Below, one piece after another: positions 46,539 through 57,800 of a stretch of DNA of 64,000 nt. The translations under genes and the position numbers were made by a program. Below the pieces are notes generated by a model, which saw only the letters and a program-made list of their open reading frames with translations, made no database searches and was not told where the DNA came from. How positions within the stretch are numbered: the stretch's first letter is position 1; each line of letters opens with the position of its first letter. Source of the DNA: a virus (lineage: Duplodnaviria > Caudoviricetes); the IMG/VR virus record IMGVR_UViG_3300007513_000003; one strand, 5' to 3'.

Positions 46539-49500
46539 TTATAGTCTGCCTACAACAACTTCGATGATACCTGAAGTACCGTTGAAGTCTTCTAGTGCCT
46601 TACCAATGACTGAACCTAAACGTGGGTTTGCTTCAGCTTTAGCATAGCCTTCGCCTGCGGAAACTAGCATGTCACCCTTACGGATTGTGCCTGTTACCTT
46701 AACAGGTACACGACCTGTTAGTGCTACTGCTACGTTTGTGCCTTCCAAACCTTCGTTCATTAGGAAGCCTGGGTTTGTACTTACTACACCAGCAATACGT
46801 GAATCCATTGAATCAGATGTCATTGTTACTTCTGCGTCGCCGCCGAAGGAAACAACAGTACCTGGCTCGTAGATTACGTCACTTGTGTAACGTTCTGCCA
46901 AGTCAGCGTATTGTGCTGATGTTGAAATACCGTTGAAGGTTGTTGCATAAACTGTTGCAAACTTATTATCAGACTGACCGACATCACCTACACCGTTTGT
47001 ACCACTCTTAGTAATACTTTTAATCTCATTAGCAGCTGGTGTTGTCCCATCACTCTGGAAAACTTGTAGAGTGTTTGAACCGCTATCTTTAAGTACTAAG
47101 TCACCAAAGTATATTGAATCTCCCGAAAGATAAAGGTCACGCCACTTGTCGCTTGAGCCACCTAGGTCAAACCCTGTTGTTCCATTAGAGTCAACACTAG
47201 GTAGTAGAGCAGAACTTGTTAAAGTCATGATCTCTGTGCCACCTACGTCAAAGCGGATGATATCTTCGTCTGAAGACTCTTCTACTTGGACCTTAGTATC
47301 ACCGTCAGCATCTTCTAATGCGTTAACAGATGTTGTTGTAGTGATTTCACGAATTTCAATTGCATCACCATTAGCAGGTGCTTCTGTAAATGTAATTGTT
47401 GTTCCGCTAATACCATAAGCTGTTGTTGGTAATTGTACAACACCATTAACAGTAACAATACAACCAGCAGTTGTAAGATCTGAGTTTAGACCTGTAAAAT
47501 CTGTTGTTGTGCCGTCACCAGTTTTGGTTTCACTTCTTACGACTGTAAATTCAGTTGTAGCACCTTTCCATGAAGAACCATTATAATATTCAAAATTACT
47601 GTTTGTTGAATTATAACGGAACATACCAGCGGCTGGTGAGCCTGGACGCTGTGCAGTTGTACCTGAAGGTAGTACCATTGATTCTGTTGAAGAACTCATA
47701 TCAAGTACTGAACCTGCGTTAGGTGTTGCTGTTAACAAGCCAATTGCGTCGTTACCAGCGTCAAGATAGAACATGTTAGCATTGCCTGATGATTCAATAC
47801 GGAAGTCGTTGTCACCACCACTCTCGTTAAAGACAGCGGCATCGTCAACACCAAATGTTGTGCCATCATAAGTAATGTTTGCTTCTGCTTGTACTGCTGA
47901 AGTACCATTACCTGTTAGTAGGCTGTTAGCGGTTAAGGATGTTGCGCCTGTACCACCTTGGTCTACTGCTACAGTAGTACCTTCCCATGTACCTGAAGTA
48001 ATTGTACCAACAGTTGCTAGTGAACTTGCTGATGTAACGTTGTTCAATGTGTCAAGTGCTGTTTCGAAGTATGTCTCGAAATCTGTTAGTGCTACTTGAA
48101 CCATTGTGCCACCGTCATTGACAACTACACGGTCTGCGTCTGCTAATGTTGTAGAAGTTGCAGCTGTGTCACCATCAGCGGCCGCTGTAAGTTCAGCGGC
48201 TGTAGGTGTTACACCTAATGTTACTAATTGTGCGGCTGCATTGGCGTCATCCAACAATGCTTTACCAGCTGCTGTTAGGTCATATACTGCGGCTGTGCCG
48301 GAACCAGTAAACTGGATACCTTTATCAGCTGCGGAAGTTAGACCTGCGATTGCGGCTAGTTCTGCGTCATATGCCTGTACATGTGTACCAATTGTTAAAC
48401 CTAGTGAAGCACGAGCAGTTGAGCCTGTTTCTAATACGAAATTAGAACCATCACCAACAATAATACCGCCATCTGTTACTGCAAGACCTGCGACATCTGC
48501 TAGTTGTGCGTCATATGCCTGTACATGTGTACCAATTGTTAAGCCTAGTGAAGCACGAGCAGTTGCGCCTGTTTCTGCTGTCCAATTGGAGCCATCACCT
48601 ACGATGATGTTACCGTCTGTTACAGCCAAGCCAGCAATGTCTGCAAGACCTGCGTCATATGCTTGTACATCTGAACCAATTGCTACGCCCATGGTTGTAC
48701 GTTGGGCGGCGGCATCAGCATCGTCTAACAATGCTTTACCAGCTGATGTTAGGTCATATGTTGAAGCAGTGCCTGAACCAGTAAATTGGATACCTTTATC
48801 GGCTGCAGATGTTAAACCAGCAATGGCCGCCAATTCAGCGTCATATGCTTGTACATCTGTACCAATTACTAGACCCAATGTTGTACGTTGAGCCGCGGCG
48901 TCAGCGTCATCCAACAACGCTTTACCTGCGGAAGTCAAGTCATATACTGCGGCTGTACCACTACCTGTGAACTGAATACCTTTATCAGCGGCTGATGTTA
49001 AACCAGCAATAGCAGCTAGTTCTGCATCATATGCCTGTACATCAGAACCAATAGCAACACCTAGGTTTGTACGTGCGTCGGATGCTGTTGAAGCACCTGT
49101 ACCACCGTGTGCTACACCTACGTCTGTGCCTTCCCATGTACCTGTACCAATTGTACCAACGGATGCTAGACTTGTTGCAGATGTAATACTGTTTTGTGCG
49201 GCTGTTGTAATTGTACCTTCGACGTTACCAAAGATTACATTACCTACTGTACCAGAAGCAACCTCGCCTGAGATTGTTGCGTCAGGGATAAATGTAAACT
49301 TGCTTACGGAATCGTCGTAACCGAAGAAACCAACTTTAGCGGTTGAACCATTGTGCCATCTAAACTCAATACCACGGTCCTTGTCATCATCTGAACCAGG
49401 AGCAGTATCACCACCTAATGTCATAATTGGATCATCTAGTGTTGTAACTGTGGAGTTTACAGTTGTTGTTGTACCGTTAACTGTTAAGTCACCGGAAATA

Positions 49501-51497
49501 ACAACGTCACCTGTACCATCTGGTGTAAGTGTAATGTTACCATTTGTGTCTGTTGAACTAATAACGTTTCCATCAATACGGATGTTATCAGCATTCAACT
49601 GACCTGAACTTAGTGCTGTTAGGCCTGATACTGTTGCGTCTAATGCGACACTAATATCATTATCAGATACTGTTGTAGTAATGTTATTACCACCAGTAAA
49701 GGTTAGTGTATCTGTACCAACTGTTACACCATCATCTGAACCTGAATCAGCGGCAACTGTTAATGTGGCTGAACCAACTTGTGAATCAACATATGCTTTA
49801 ATTGATTGTTGTGTAGCAAGTGCTGTTGCACTGTCACTACCCATTGCGTCCTCATCTAAGATTGATGACACTGTAGCACCTGAAGCAAGTGTTAAGTCTT
49901 CGCTAATTACTACTGAACCGTCGGAAGCGATAGTAAATTTATCTGTACCGTCGGAAATTTCAACAGTTATTAGGTTTGCTGTTTGTGAGCCTACACCTTT
50001 AACTGCTAGTGTAATCTCGTCTGTTGTATCACCAGTGATTGTTGCACCGGCGGCTACTACCAACTGATCGTTGGCTGTTAGTGTTGTAAACGTACCAGCT
50101 GCTGGTGTTGATCCACCAATTACTGAGTCATTTACTGTTCCACCACTAATAGTTAGGTCATTGTCAACGTATGCATCAGCAATTGCTGTGCCGTTCCATA
50201 CGCCTGTACCAATTGTACCAACTGTGGCTAGTGATGAAGCGGAAGTTACATTATTTAATGTATCTAGTGCGCTTTCGAAATATGTTTCGAAATCTGTTAG
50301 GGCAACTTGTACCATAGTACCGTCATCGTTAACAACTACACGATCAAACAATTCAAGTGTTGTTGCTGTTGCGGCTGTGTCGCCGTCTACGATATTCAAC
50401 TCTGCGGTTGTTGATGTGATATCATCTAAAGTATTAAGTTCAGCTGCGGTTGCTGTTAAGCCAAGTGTTACTAATTGAGCGGCTGCGTTAGCATCATCAA
50501 GTAGCGCCTTACCTGCGGCTGTTAAGTCGTAAGTAGCGGCTGTACCTGAGCCTGTAAATTGGATACCCTTGTCGGCCGCTGATGCTAAACCAGCAAGAGC
50601 TGCTAGTTCTACATCGTATGCCTGTACGTCTGTACCAATTGCTAGGCCTAGTGATGTTCGTGCTGTTGCACCTGTTTCTAATGTGAAGTTAGAACCATCA
50701 CCAACGATAATGCCGCCATCTGTTACTGCAAGACCTGCGACATCTGCTAATTGTGCGTCATATGCCTGTACATGTGTACCAATTGTTAAACCTAATGATG
50801 CTCTTGCTGTTGCACCCGTTTCTAATACGAAATTAGAACCGTCGCCAACAATAATGCCACCGTCTGTTACAGCAAGACCTGCGACATCTGCTAATTGTGC
50901 GTCATAGGCTTGTACATCTGAGCCAATTGCTAGGCCTAGGTTTGTACGTGCGTCAGAAGCTGTTGATGCGCCTGTACCACCAGCTGCCACAGCAACGTCA
51001 GTTGCTGACCAAACACCTGTGGTAATTGTACCTACAGATGCTAGTGATGTAGCAGATGAAATAGTATTTTGAGCCGCTGTTGTAATAGTACCTTCAATAT
51101 TGCCAGCAATAATGTTTGCTTGACCTGCAACGGATATGTTACCTGCGGTACTACCAGTTTCTGTTGTTGTGATAAAGTTAAATTTATCTGCGGATTCGTC
51201 CCAAATTAAACCTACGTTGGTATCGTCACCACGTTCTACAACAAAACCTGAGTCAACTGCGCCTGAGCCAGAAGCGTTTGCACTGAATACTAATAGAGGA
51301 TCTTCAATAGACATATTTGTAGTGTCAACAGTTGTTGTTGTACCATTAACAACAAGGTTGCCAGAAACAGTTAGGTTTGATCCGTAAGTCATGTCATCTT
51401 CTAACTTACTACCAGCGATAGCGGCAGAAGCTGCGATTTTGGCATTACTAACGGCACCATCCGTAATCTGATCTGTATCTATTCTAGTTAAAGCCAT
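46539..51497 (-). CDS. long tail fibre with modular repeats and C-terminal autocleaving chaperone-like domain
   Basis: 1652 aa, Thr/Ala/Gly rich; eight QAYD repeats; C-terminal YADLAE.Y...PGTVV...GVVST.P...VAL.GRVPVKV (peptidase G2/IMC-like). Confidence 0.8.
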   Translation of the reverse strand: MALTRIDTDQITDGAVSNAKIAASAAIAGSKLEDDMTYGSNLTVSGNLVVNGTTTTVDTTNMSIEDPLLVFSANASGSGAVDSGFVVERGDDTNVGLIWDESADKFNFITTTETGSTAGNISVAGQANIIAGNIEGTITTAAQNTISSATSLASVGTITTGVWSATDVAVAAGGTGASTASDARTNLGLAIGSDVQAYDAQLADVAGLAVTDGGIIVGDGSNFVLETGATARASLGLTIGTHVQAYDAQLADVAGLAVTDGGIIVGDGSNFTLETGATARTSLGLAIGTDVQAYDVELAALAGLASAADKGIQFTGSGTAATYDLTAAGKALLDDANAAAQLVTLGLTATAAELNTLDDITSTTAELNIVDGDTAATATTLELFDRVVVNDDGTMVQVALTDFETYFESALDTLNNVTSASSLATVGTIGTGVWNGTAIADAYVDNDLTISGGTVNDSVIGGSTPAAGTFTTLTANDQLVVAAGATITGDTTDEITLAVKGVGSQTANLITVEISDGTDKFTIASDGSVVISEDLTLASGATVSSILDEDAMGSDSATALATQQSIKAYVDSQVGSATLTVAADSGSDDGVTVGTDTLTFTGGNNITTTVSDNDISVALDATVSGLTALSSGQLNADNIRIDGNVISSTDTNGNITLTPDGTGDVVISGDLTVNGTTTTVNSTVTTLDDPIMTLGGDTAPGSDDDKDRGIEFRWHNGSTAKVGFFGYDDSVSKFTFIPDATISGEVASGTVGNVIFGNVEGTITTAAQNSITSATSLASVGTIGTGTWEGTDVGVAHGGTGASTASDARTNLGVAIGSDVQAYDAELAAIAGLTSAADKGIQFTGSGTAAVYDLTSAGKALLDDADAAAQRTTLGLVIGTDVQAYDAELAAIAGLTSAADKGIQFTGSGTASTYDLTSAGKALLDDADAAAQRTTMGVAIGSDVQAYDAGLADIAGLAVTDGNIIVGDGSNWTAETGATARASLGLTIGTHVQAYDAQLADVAGLAVTDGGIIVGDGSNFVLETGSTARASLGLTIGTHVQAYDAELAAIAGLTSAADKGIQFTGSGTAAVYDLTAAGKALLDDANAAAQLVTLGVTPTAAELTAAADGDTAATSTTLADADRVVVNDGGTMVQVALTDFETYFETALDTLNNVTSASSLATVGTITSGTWEGTTVAVDQGGTGATSLTANSLLTGNGTSAVQAEANITYDGTTFGVDDAAVFNESGGDNDFRIESSGNANMFYLDAGNDAIGLLTATPNAGSVLDMSSSTESMVLPSGTTAQRPGSPAAGMFRYNSTNSNFEYYNGSSWKGATTEFTVVRSETKTGDGTTTDFTGLNSDLTTAGCIVTVNGVVQLPTTAYGISGTTITFTEAPANGDAIEIREITTTTSVNALEDADGDTKVQVEESSDEDIIRFDVGGTEIMTLTSSALLPSVDSNGTTGFDLGGSSDKWRDLYLSGDSIYFGDLVLKDSGSNTLQVFQSDGTTPAANEIKSITKSGTNGVGDVGQSDNKFATVYATTFNGISTSAQYADLAERYTSDVIYEPGTVVSFGGDAEVTMTSDSMDSRIAGVVSTNPGFLMNEGLEGTNVAVALTGRVPVKVTGTIRKGDMLVSAGEGYAKAEANPRLGSVIGKALEDFNGTSGIIEVVVGRL

Positions 51498-51508
51498 TTA
51501 TTTTTCTC

Positions 51509-51650
51509 CATTCCTATAAAAAAGTCTTATATAAGACTTAATATACCATATATACATATTATGGAATGATTCTGTCTGCAATTGCAGACAGATCCTTTAA
51601 ATCTAACGTTATTGAGAGATATAAAGGTCATCTATATGCTCGAGCATATA
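51509..51650 (-). promoter_or_regulatory. palindrome-rich structured 5' leader of tail fibre gene
   Basis: Perfect palindromes at 51522-51539, 51571-51592 and 51633-51650; hairpin at 51594-51627. Confidence 0.6.
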
Positions 51651-51795
51651 CAGTATGCCTATATTTAAATGGATTTATGGAGAAATAGTGTTAGCACATA
51701 TATACTAACTAAGGCGTTTAAATTAACGATTTTAGTAGCATATAACTATTATAGTAGCATATTATTTTCATTTTACGTGCAAGACTAGAGTTATT

Positions 51796-52863
51796 TTAAT
51801 ATAAATCAGATGATATATCGAAGGCGCATGTTGAACTAGAACGATTTCTAAAACTCTTTATAAACTCAGATTGTAAATTAATATGTGAACCGTATTGAAA
51901 TATTAACCGTTCCATTTGAAAACAATTACTAAGCCAAAAATATGTATTATGTTTGTTTTTTGTATGTTCCAAAAGTTCCTCAATGTGTTCATTATTAAAA
52001 AGATCTAATTGTTTATATACTACATTTAACTTTAAAAACTTATTCCAGTATTGTTTTAGTTCTAATGATGTAATATTGTTTTCACTAATATATTTTTCAA
52101 TTGTGCGATCGCCGTCTTGAATTCCTACTAAATTTGGATTTGCCTTTACGAATTTATTTGTTAAAAGTTTAAAGGATTCTATTTCACCATCCCAGTTATT
52201 TTTTAGATATTGTTGCCACTTTATTGCGGCAGGACTAATATCAAACATTAAAACATTTGTGTTGTCTGTAAAATAATCCTGTCCTAACAAAATATAAGTT
52301 TTTAATCCACCACATACGCCTATATAATTGTCAAACTTATATGCAAACTTATGTGATATATTAACTTCTTCTGTGTTTATAATGTAGTATCCATCTGTTA
52401 AATTTCTCACAGCTTCACGTAATTCAAATGCGAATGGTTCTACTTCTTGAGGCATTGGATTATCTAAATTTTCCATTAACCTTTTTATATCACTGTAGTA
52501 GTTTTCTGGGTAGCAATATGCTTTTAATATTTCTATTTTATTAGAAAATGTTTTTGTTGGTATATACGCTTCTTTATCAGTTTCGAGTAGTTTACAATTA
52601 ATTAAAAACCAATTTTCATTTCCTATTACTGCTTCGTTTGATTCGTCAATGCATTGGTCAAAAATTGATCTATCCCAAAACACATGCCCTGCTTTTATAA
52701 CAAAAATATAATCTTCATCTGCTTTAACAATAGGGTCTGTATCATTTTGCAAGTGTATAGGATATCTCTGCTGAACACAAAATTCTGTAAAATCACATAA
52801 TCTGTCTGCTATATTTTTACAATTTTTATCTGTAATTCTAAGCAATATTAATTTGACTTTCAT
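51796..52863 (-). CDS. hypothetical enzyme, possible SAM-binding C-terminal domain
   Basis: YIGVCGGLK...MFDISPAAI Rossmann-like segment; very AT rich. Confidence 0.35.
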   Translation of the reverse strand: MKVKLILLRITDKNCKNIADRLCDFTEFCVQQRYPIHLQNDTDPIVKADEDYIFVIKAGHVFWDRSIFDQCIDESNEAVIGNENWFLINCKLLETDKEAYIPTKTFSNKIEILKAYCYPENYYSDIKRLMENLDNPMPQEVEPFAFELREAVRNLTDGYYIINTEEVNISHKFAYKFDNYIGVCGGLKTYILLGQDYFTDNTNVLMFDISPAAIKWQQYLKNNWDGEIESFKLLTNKFVKANPNLVGIQDGDRTIEKYISENNITSLELKQYWNKFLKLNVVYKQLDLFNNEHIEELLEHTKNKHNTYFWLSNCFQMERLIFQYGSHINLQSEFIKSFRNRSSSTCAFDISSDLY

Positions 52864-53521
52864 AACTGGTTAAAACAATATTATTAAATTGATCTGTTTC
52901 TGCACCATGTACAATAATATGATATCTATCTTCACTACTATTGTTTATAACACAATGGTCATATGCAATGTTAAAATGAATTATACTGCCTGTGTTTTCA
53001 AATGGAACTATTCCATTTTCTGTAATTAGATGACAGTCTTTTGGGTGATTAAGGCTGAAGTTAACTGCTCTACTAGGATTATCTTCTCTAAGTCCGTCAT
53101 AATGCACATCAACATATCCGCCGGGCTCAAGTAACATAATTCTTAATCTATCATATGCACTAAAAGGAAATGTATTTTTAAAATAATTTGTTGTTATAGG
53201 ACAATGATTAGATGCGTTTGTCCACACTCTAAGAGTGTCGTTGCTATAGCCATGATCTTGCGGTGGTCCAGTTATGTGATCATCAATTCCGTGTAAACAA
53301 ATACTTTTCCAGCCTTGTGACTGATCATCGCGATGTTCTACAAACATATGTTTTATGTTCTTTGCTTCTTCAAGCATTTCTTTAAACGGGGCATCTATTT
53401 GTAGTTTTAACCATGGATATTTACATTCCCAATTAACCCAATTGACAGGATCTTTGTCACTTGGAATCGGTTCGTAATTCCATACTTTGTCTTTATTTTG
53501 TAAGTAGAATTCTTTTATCAT
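52838..53521 (-). CDS. 2OG-Fe(II) oxygenase, Asp/Asn beta-hydroxylase-like
   Basis: RIMLLEPGGYVDVHYD (HxD)...YDHCVIN.S..DRYHIIV. Confidence 0.8.
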   Translation of the reverse strand: MIKEFYLQNKDKVWNYEPIPSDKDPVNWVNWECKYPWLKLQIDAPFKEMLEEAKNIKHMFVEHRDDQSQGWKSICLHGIDDHITGPPQDHGYSNDTLRVWTNASNHCPITTNYFKNTFPFSAYDRLRIMLLEPGGYVDVHYDGLREDNPSRAVNFSLNHPKDCHLITENGIVPFENTGSIIHFNIAYDHCVINNSSEDRYHIIVHGAETDQFNNIVLTSYESQINIA

Positions 53522-53546
53522 AGAACATTTAAATATTTTTATTAAC

Positions 53547-54824
53547 TTATATTAAGTCTGCCCAAGATCCATTTTCATAGCCTTGGAATTTGTTATCTGT
53601 AGTATTGTAAATAATCATACCGTTGGCAGCCGATAATGAGTTTCTTTGTGTTGTTGTCATGCTTGCTAATTGTACCGCATTAGCAAAAACTGTTGCACCA
53701 GTAGTCATCGTAGCAACTTCGGTACCGGCTGTCGCAAAACGAATTGTATCTTCGTCAGTACTTGCTTCTACTCTTATTCTTGTATCATTATCAGCATCCG
53801 CAATTAAATTTTGTGTACTAATTAATGAAGTACTAAAAATTCTTACTTCTACAATGTCATCAGTGTGTGGTGCTTCTACCATTGTAAGCGTTGTGCCACT
53901 TACACTATATGCTGATGTAGGTTGTTGTAAAGCACCGTTAATATTAACGATAGTACCGTTTGTTGTTGCTGACGAACTCAGTGTAAATGCAGTTGTTGTA
54001 CCGTCGCCAGTAAATGAGTCACTTGATACTAATGCATAATTACTTGCTTCTAAATCAACCCAAGAAGTACCATTATAGTATTCCATTTTATTACTAGTGC
54101 TGTTATAACGAAAATCGCCCGCTGATGGTGATCCTGGTCGTTGTGCTGTGGTGCCATTTGGCATTGCTATAGAATTTGTGCCTACAATTTGTAATTGTCC
54201 TGTTCCATCTGGATCAATTTGTATATTACCGTTTGTTGTGCTTGTTGACATTACATTTGTTGAGAATGTAAAATCTCCCAAGTCACCGCCTACGCCAAAG
54301 TCACCTGTGTATCTCGCACCACTAATATAAACACTCTTGCCTGTAAAACTTACGCCATTAGGCAAGTTTGTACTAATAAAGTGTAATACGCCACTTTGAT
54401 AATCAAAAAACCATTCGTCGTTATTACCAGAACCTGTAGCAAATACCTGTGTGCCTCCAGACGCGGCAGATCCAGCACTACTGCTAGTGTGTATATAAGC
54501 TTTTACTTGGTATGTTGAACCAATTTCAGGTGATATCCAATCTGTTAGTCCTGTTTTCCAAGTTCTATTCGCTGTTGATGTAATATCTTCTGTGCATTCT
54601 TGTGGGGCACTTGTCGTGTATACAGTTACAACCTCGGAGCTTGATCCTGGTATTGTGCTAGGAATACTTGAAGCCTCCTTCCAAACTTTGTCGCCACGTA
54701 GCAACAACGAACTTGAAATCGCTTCGTTAGGCGCCTTTTTAAGTGCGTTTGTATCTGTTTTGGTAGCACCGTAACCTAGTTTTTTCCATAGGTAGTCAAT
54801 TTTTTGGCTATCTGAAATGGCCAT
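53547..54824 (-). CDS. virion structural/tail-fibre-associated protein
   Basis: GTTAQRPGSP...RYN and GDGTTT.FT domains shared with the tail fibre. Confidence 0.7.
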   Translation of the reverse strand: MAISDSQKIDYLWKKLGYGATKTDTNALKKAPNEAISSSLLLRGDKVWKEASSIPSTIPGSSSEVVTVYTTSAPQECTEDITSTANRTWKTGLTDWISPEIGSTYQVKAYIHTSSSAGSAASGGTQVFATGSGNNDEWFFDYQSGVLHFISTNLPNGVSFTGKSVYISGARYTGDFGVGGDLGDFTFSTNVMSTSTTNGNIQIDPDGTGQLQIVGTNSIAMPNGTTAQRPGSPSAGDFRYNSTSNKMEYYNGTSWVDLEASNYALVSSDSFTGDGTTTAFTLSSSATTNGTIVNINGALQQPTSAYSVSGTTLTMVEAPHTDDIVEVRIFSTSLISTQNLIADADNDTRIRVEASTDEDTIRFATAGTEVATMTTGATVFANAVQLASMTTTQRNSLSAANGMIIYNTTDNKFQGYENGSWADLI

Positions 54825-57800
54825 TATGAAGCCTCCCCTATGCTTATCGCAGTCACTGATTCACCGCTTGCTAGTGCTATTCTTACCAATACGACATTGC
54901 CTGTAGCATTGGACATATTCTCTGAGCCAAGTGTCATTGTATAGCCACCACTTAGTGATGTGCCTGTTGCAATTCTGTCACCTGATGTAAACGCACAGCC
55001 ATTACTGCCGTTACCGCCATTGCCTGTATCACTGCCCGGAACACCACTACCACCATATGTTGTACTTGAATCTATCCATCCATTTAGTCCACTAGCACTA
55101 TCAATTGCAGTGCCTGGTGCGGCAATCCATAATCCACTTATGCCTGAACTTGATGTAATGTTAATATCAAAGTTAGCAACAACTTGTCTACGGAAAGCAA
55201 ATGTAAAGTATTGTGTTCCCGTATCAGCACTACGATCAGGTCCTACTGGTAGGAAGCCTGAACTATAATCTGTTACATCGTATTTTAAAACACCAAGTCT
55301 AATTGTTGCTTCTTTTGTTCCACTAACACCTGGATCACTATTTTCAGAATATAAATCGTTAGTATAAAAATTTGTTGCACCGTTAAAACTAGGTGTGTTT
55401 GTTGTGTCGGCATTAAAATCAAATACACGTTTGCCATCATCTGTATACGTGCCGTTGCCTAAACTATCTGCTACAGCAATGGTCTGTTCAACAATACCAC
55501 TCTGTGATGATCTGTGTACTTGAATATTAGTTGTGTTTTCAACATAACTACTTGTTCCGTTACAGTTGGATGCTCTTACTTTTACTCTGTCAACTGTTCT
55601 TACGCTACTTGTTGTAATAGGTACTGAAAGAGATCCTATCGTGTATGCAGACGCAACGCCAGTATCAGCATTTGGTATACCGCCTGTTAGCATTGAACTT
55701 GCACCATCAATTTGTGCGTAAGTATAGTTTGAATTAGTAGTTGCCGCGCTACTTGTACTTTCTTGGTTTGTTCCGTTATCTACTTCAACGACTGATGACG
55801 TATCTCGGTAGGCTTGTCCTGTTAAATCACTAACCTGTACACCAGTTAAAGTAAGTGTTGGACTTCCTGTGTTATAATATGGTATACCAGAAACATATCT
55901 TTTTGTGCCGCCAGTTCCTTCAGACAATGTGCCAGAATCATCTATAGTAGGCGTTGCTGTTATATCATCATATACAACAGAAACATAGTTTGTATTACCT
56001 GTTGCACTGTGTTCTAATCTTTCGTCATTTACACCTACTGTATAACTTGCAAGTGCTTGCGTAATTTTGGCATCAAACGTTTGATAAAATCCTGTTGGAT
56101 AAGTTGCTGAACTAATTGTGTCGTTAGCATCACGTTGGTCACTTACAACAAGCGAGGTAAATGTTCCATTCTCGTTCAATGCTGTTGTAAATGTTTTATT
56201 ACCTTTATCAACGCCGTTAACAGTTGCAGTTAGTGTTCCACTCAAACCATTGTAAGCATTAGCAATAACATTTGTGTCAATTGTGCCACTTGTATATCGT
56301 CTTGCTGTAGTTGTAGTCAACGCCGCGCCCGCAACCAATGGATTACTCGTACTGTTATCTGCAAATCCAGCACAAAGTTTTGGACTTGAGCCTTGGTATG
56401 AATCACTCAACGTTAGCGATTTAGTACTCAAATTCGCTGGTGCAGATGGCGTTGCATTCATTTGGAACACAATACTTGAATCTGAATCTGACTGTAATGT
56501 TAAATCAGGAGTTCCGTTTGCTGTAAAGGCTAATGTGTAATTGCCTGCTGATTCACCTGCATAATCATGATCTAATGTTGCGCCTATAGAACCAGCACTT
56601 ACACCATCTTCAGTAGGAGTGTCGTTTGTACTACCATCACCCCAATTATATACATAATCATCTGCGTTTTGTGATGTGTTTGTTGCTCTTACTAATGCTC
56701 TATTATTTCCATTGTAGTCTGTGTAATCATAAATGTCATATTGATTGTCACCAGATCTATCACTTGTTGTTACTGCTGTGGCCGCAATGTTTGCTCTAAC
56801 ATCTGGTTCAACGTGAACTGTAAAGTTAGAACTAATAAATGGACTACTTGTATGATTACTAATAACTCTCAAGTTACCAGTATAATTTCTTGCTGTTCCT
56901 GATGCTTGGTCGCTTGGACTCAACGCAAACGTGTGACTAATAGTGTTACCAGTGTCACCACTTCCGCCTGTACCAACATTTACTGTTGTATCTGAAGTTC
57001 CATCGCCCCATTGGTATTCATATTGAATACCATATGTTGCATAACTGCCAATTGTTGCTTCAGTATTATTAGTAAAGGTAATCGGTAATCCACTAGTACT
57101 TTCTTCGTTAATACCTGTTGTCGCACTTAATGATACTTCAGGAGTATGTGTGTCATAAATTTTATATGCGACATTGTCACTAGTTGGTATTACTGATGGA
57201 TCAGCAGTATTATGACTGTCTAGTGTTAGTATAACTGTTCTTGTTATTTCTTGTTCTGAAATTTCCGTAAACGTATGGTCAAGTCTTGCGCCGGCAGAAC
57301 CACCTGCGGCACTATCACTTGAAATAACATTGTCGCTACTACCATCGTCCCAATCCCAAGTGTATTGAATTGTAGCACCGCCAATGTTTGTTGTATTATT
57401 ATCAAAGTAAACTTGGTCACCGTCATCCCAATATGTAATTGGACTACCGCCTGATGAAGCGGCATATGCGGCAAAACTAACAACCGGGTTAGCAGTATAG
57501 ATAATAATATATCCCGCTCTTAATTTAGTTGCGGTGCTTCCTGTTCCACAGCCACTATTGTTATATGCAGTGACCTCTACATCAAATGGTGATCCTACGT
57601 TAGAACTATATGTATGTGTTGGAGTACTGTCTGTTGTTCCTGTTGTTGTGTTACCATCGCCCCAATCAATAGTGTATCTATTTGCGTTTCCTGTGGCAGT
57701 AATAGTTAGTGTTACAACAAGTCCTGCACCACCTACTGTTTGGTCAGCAGTAAAGTCTACTTCCTTAACAAAAGTACTATTACGAATGTTTTCAACAACT

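Noticed and set aside
48216-50936. Diversity-generating retroelement TR/VR pair
   Set aside because: Repeats are in-frame protein modules with mostly synonymous differences not restricted to adenines; no reverse transcriptase in the window.
46669-51387. Many plus-strand ORFs up to 261 aa (e.g. 48106..48891), also at 37444-39198 and 53623-60488
   Set aside because: Antisense shadows of Thr/Ala/Gly-rich structural genes whose codon bias leaves the opposite strand stop-poor; no RBS or domain motifs.
51498-51795. tRNA genes in the larger intergenic gaps
   Set aside because: No cloverleaf, TTCGA T-loop or CCA end recognisable here or in other gaps; tRNAscan-SE would confirm.
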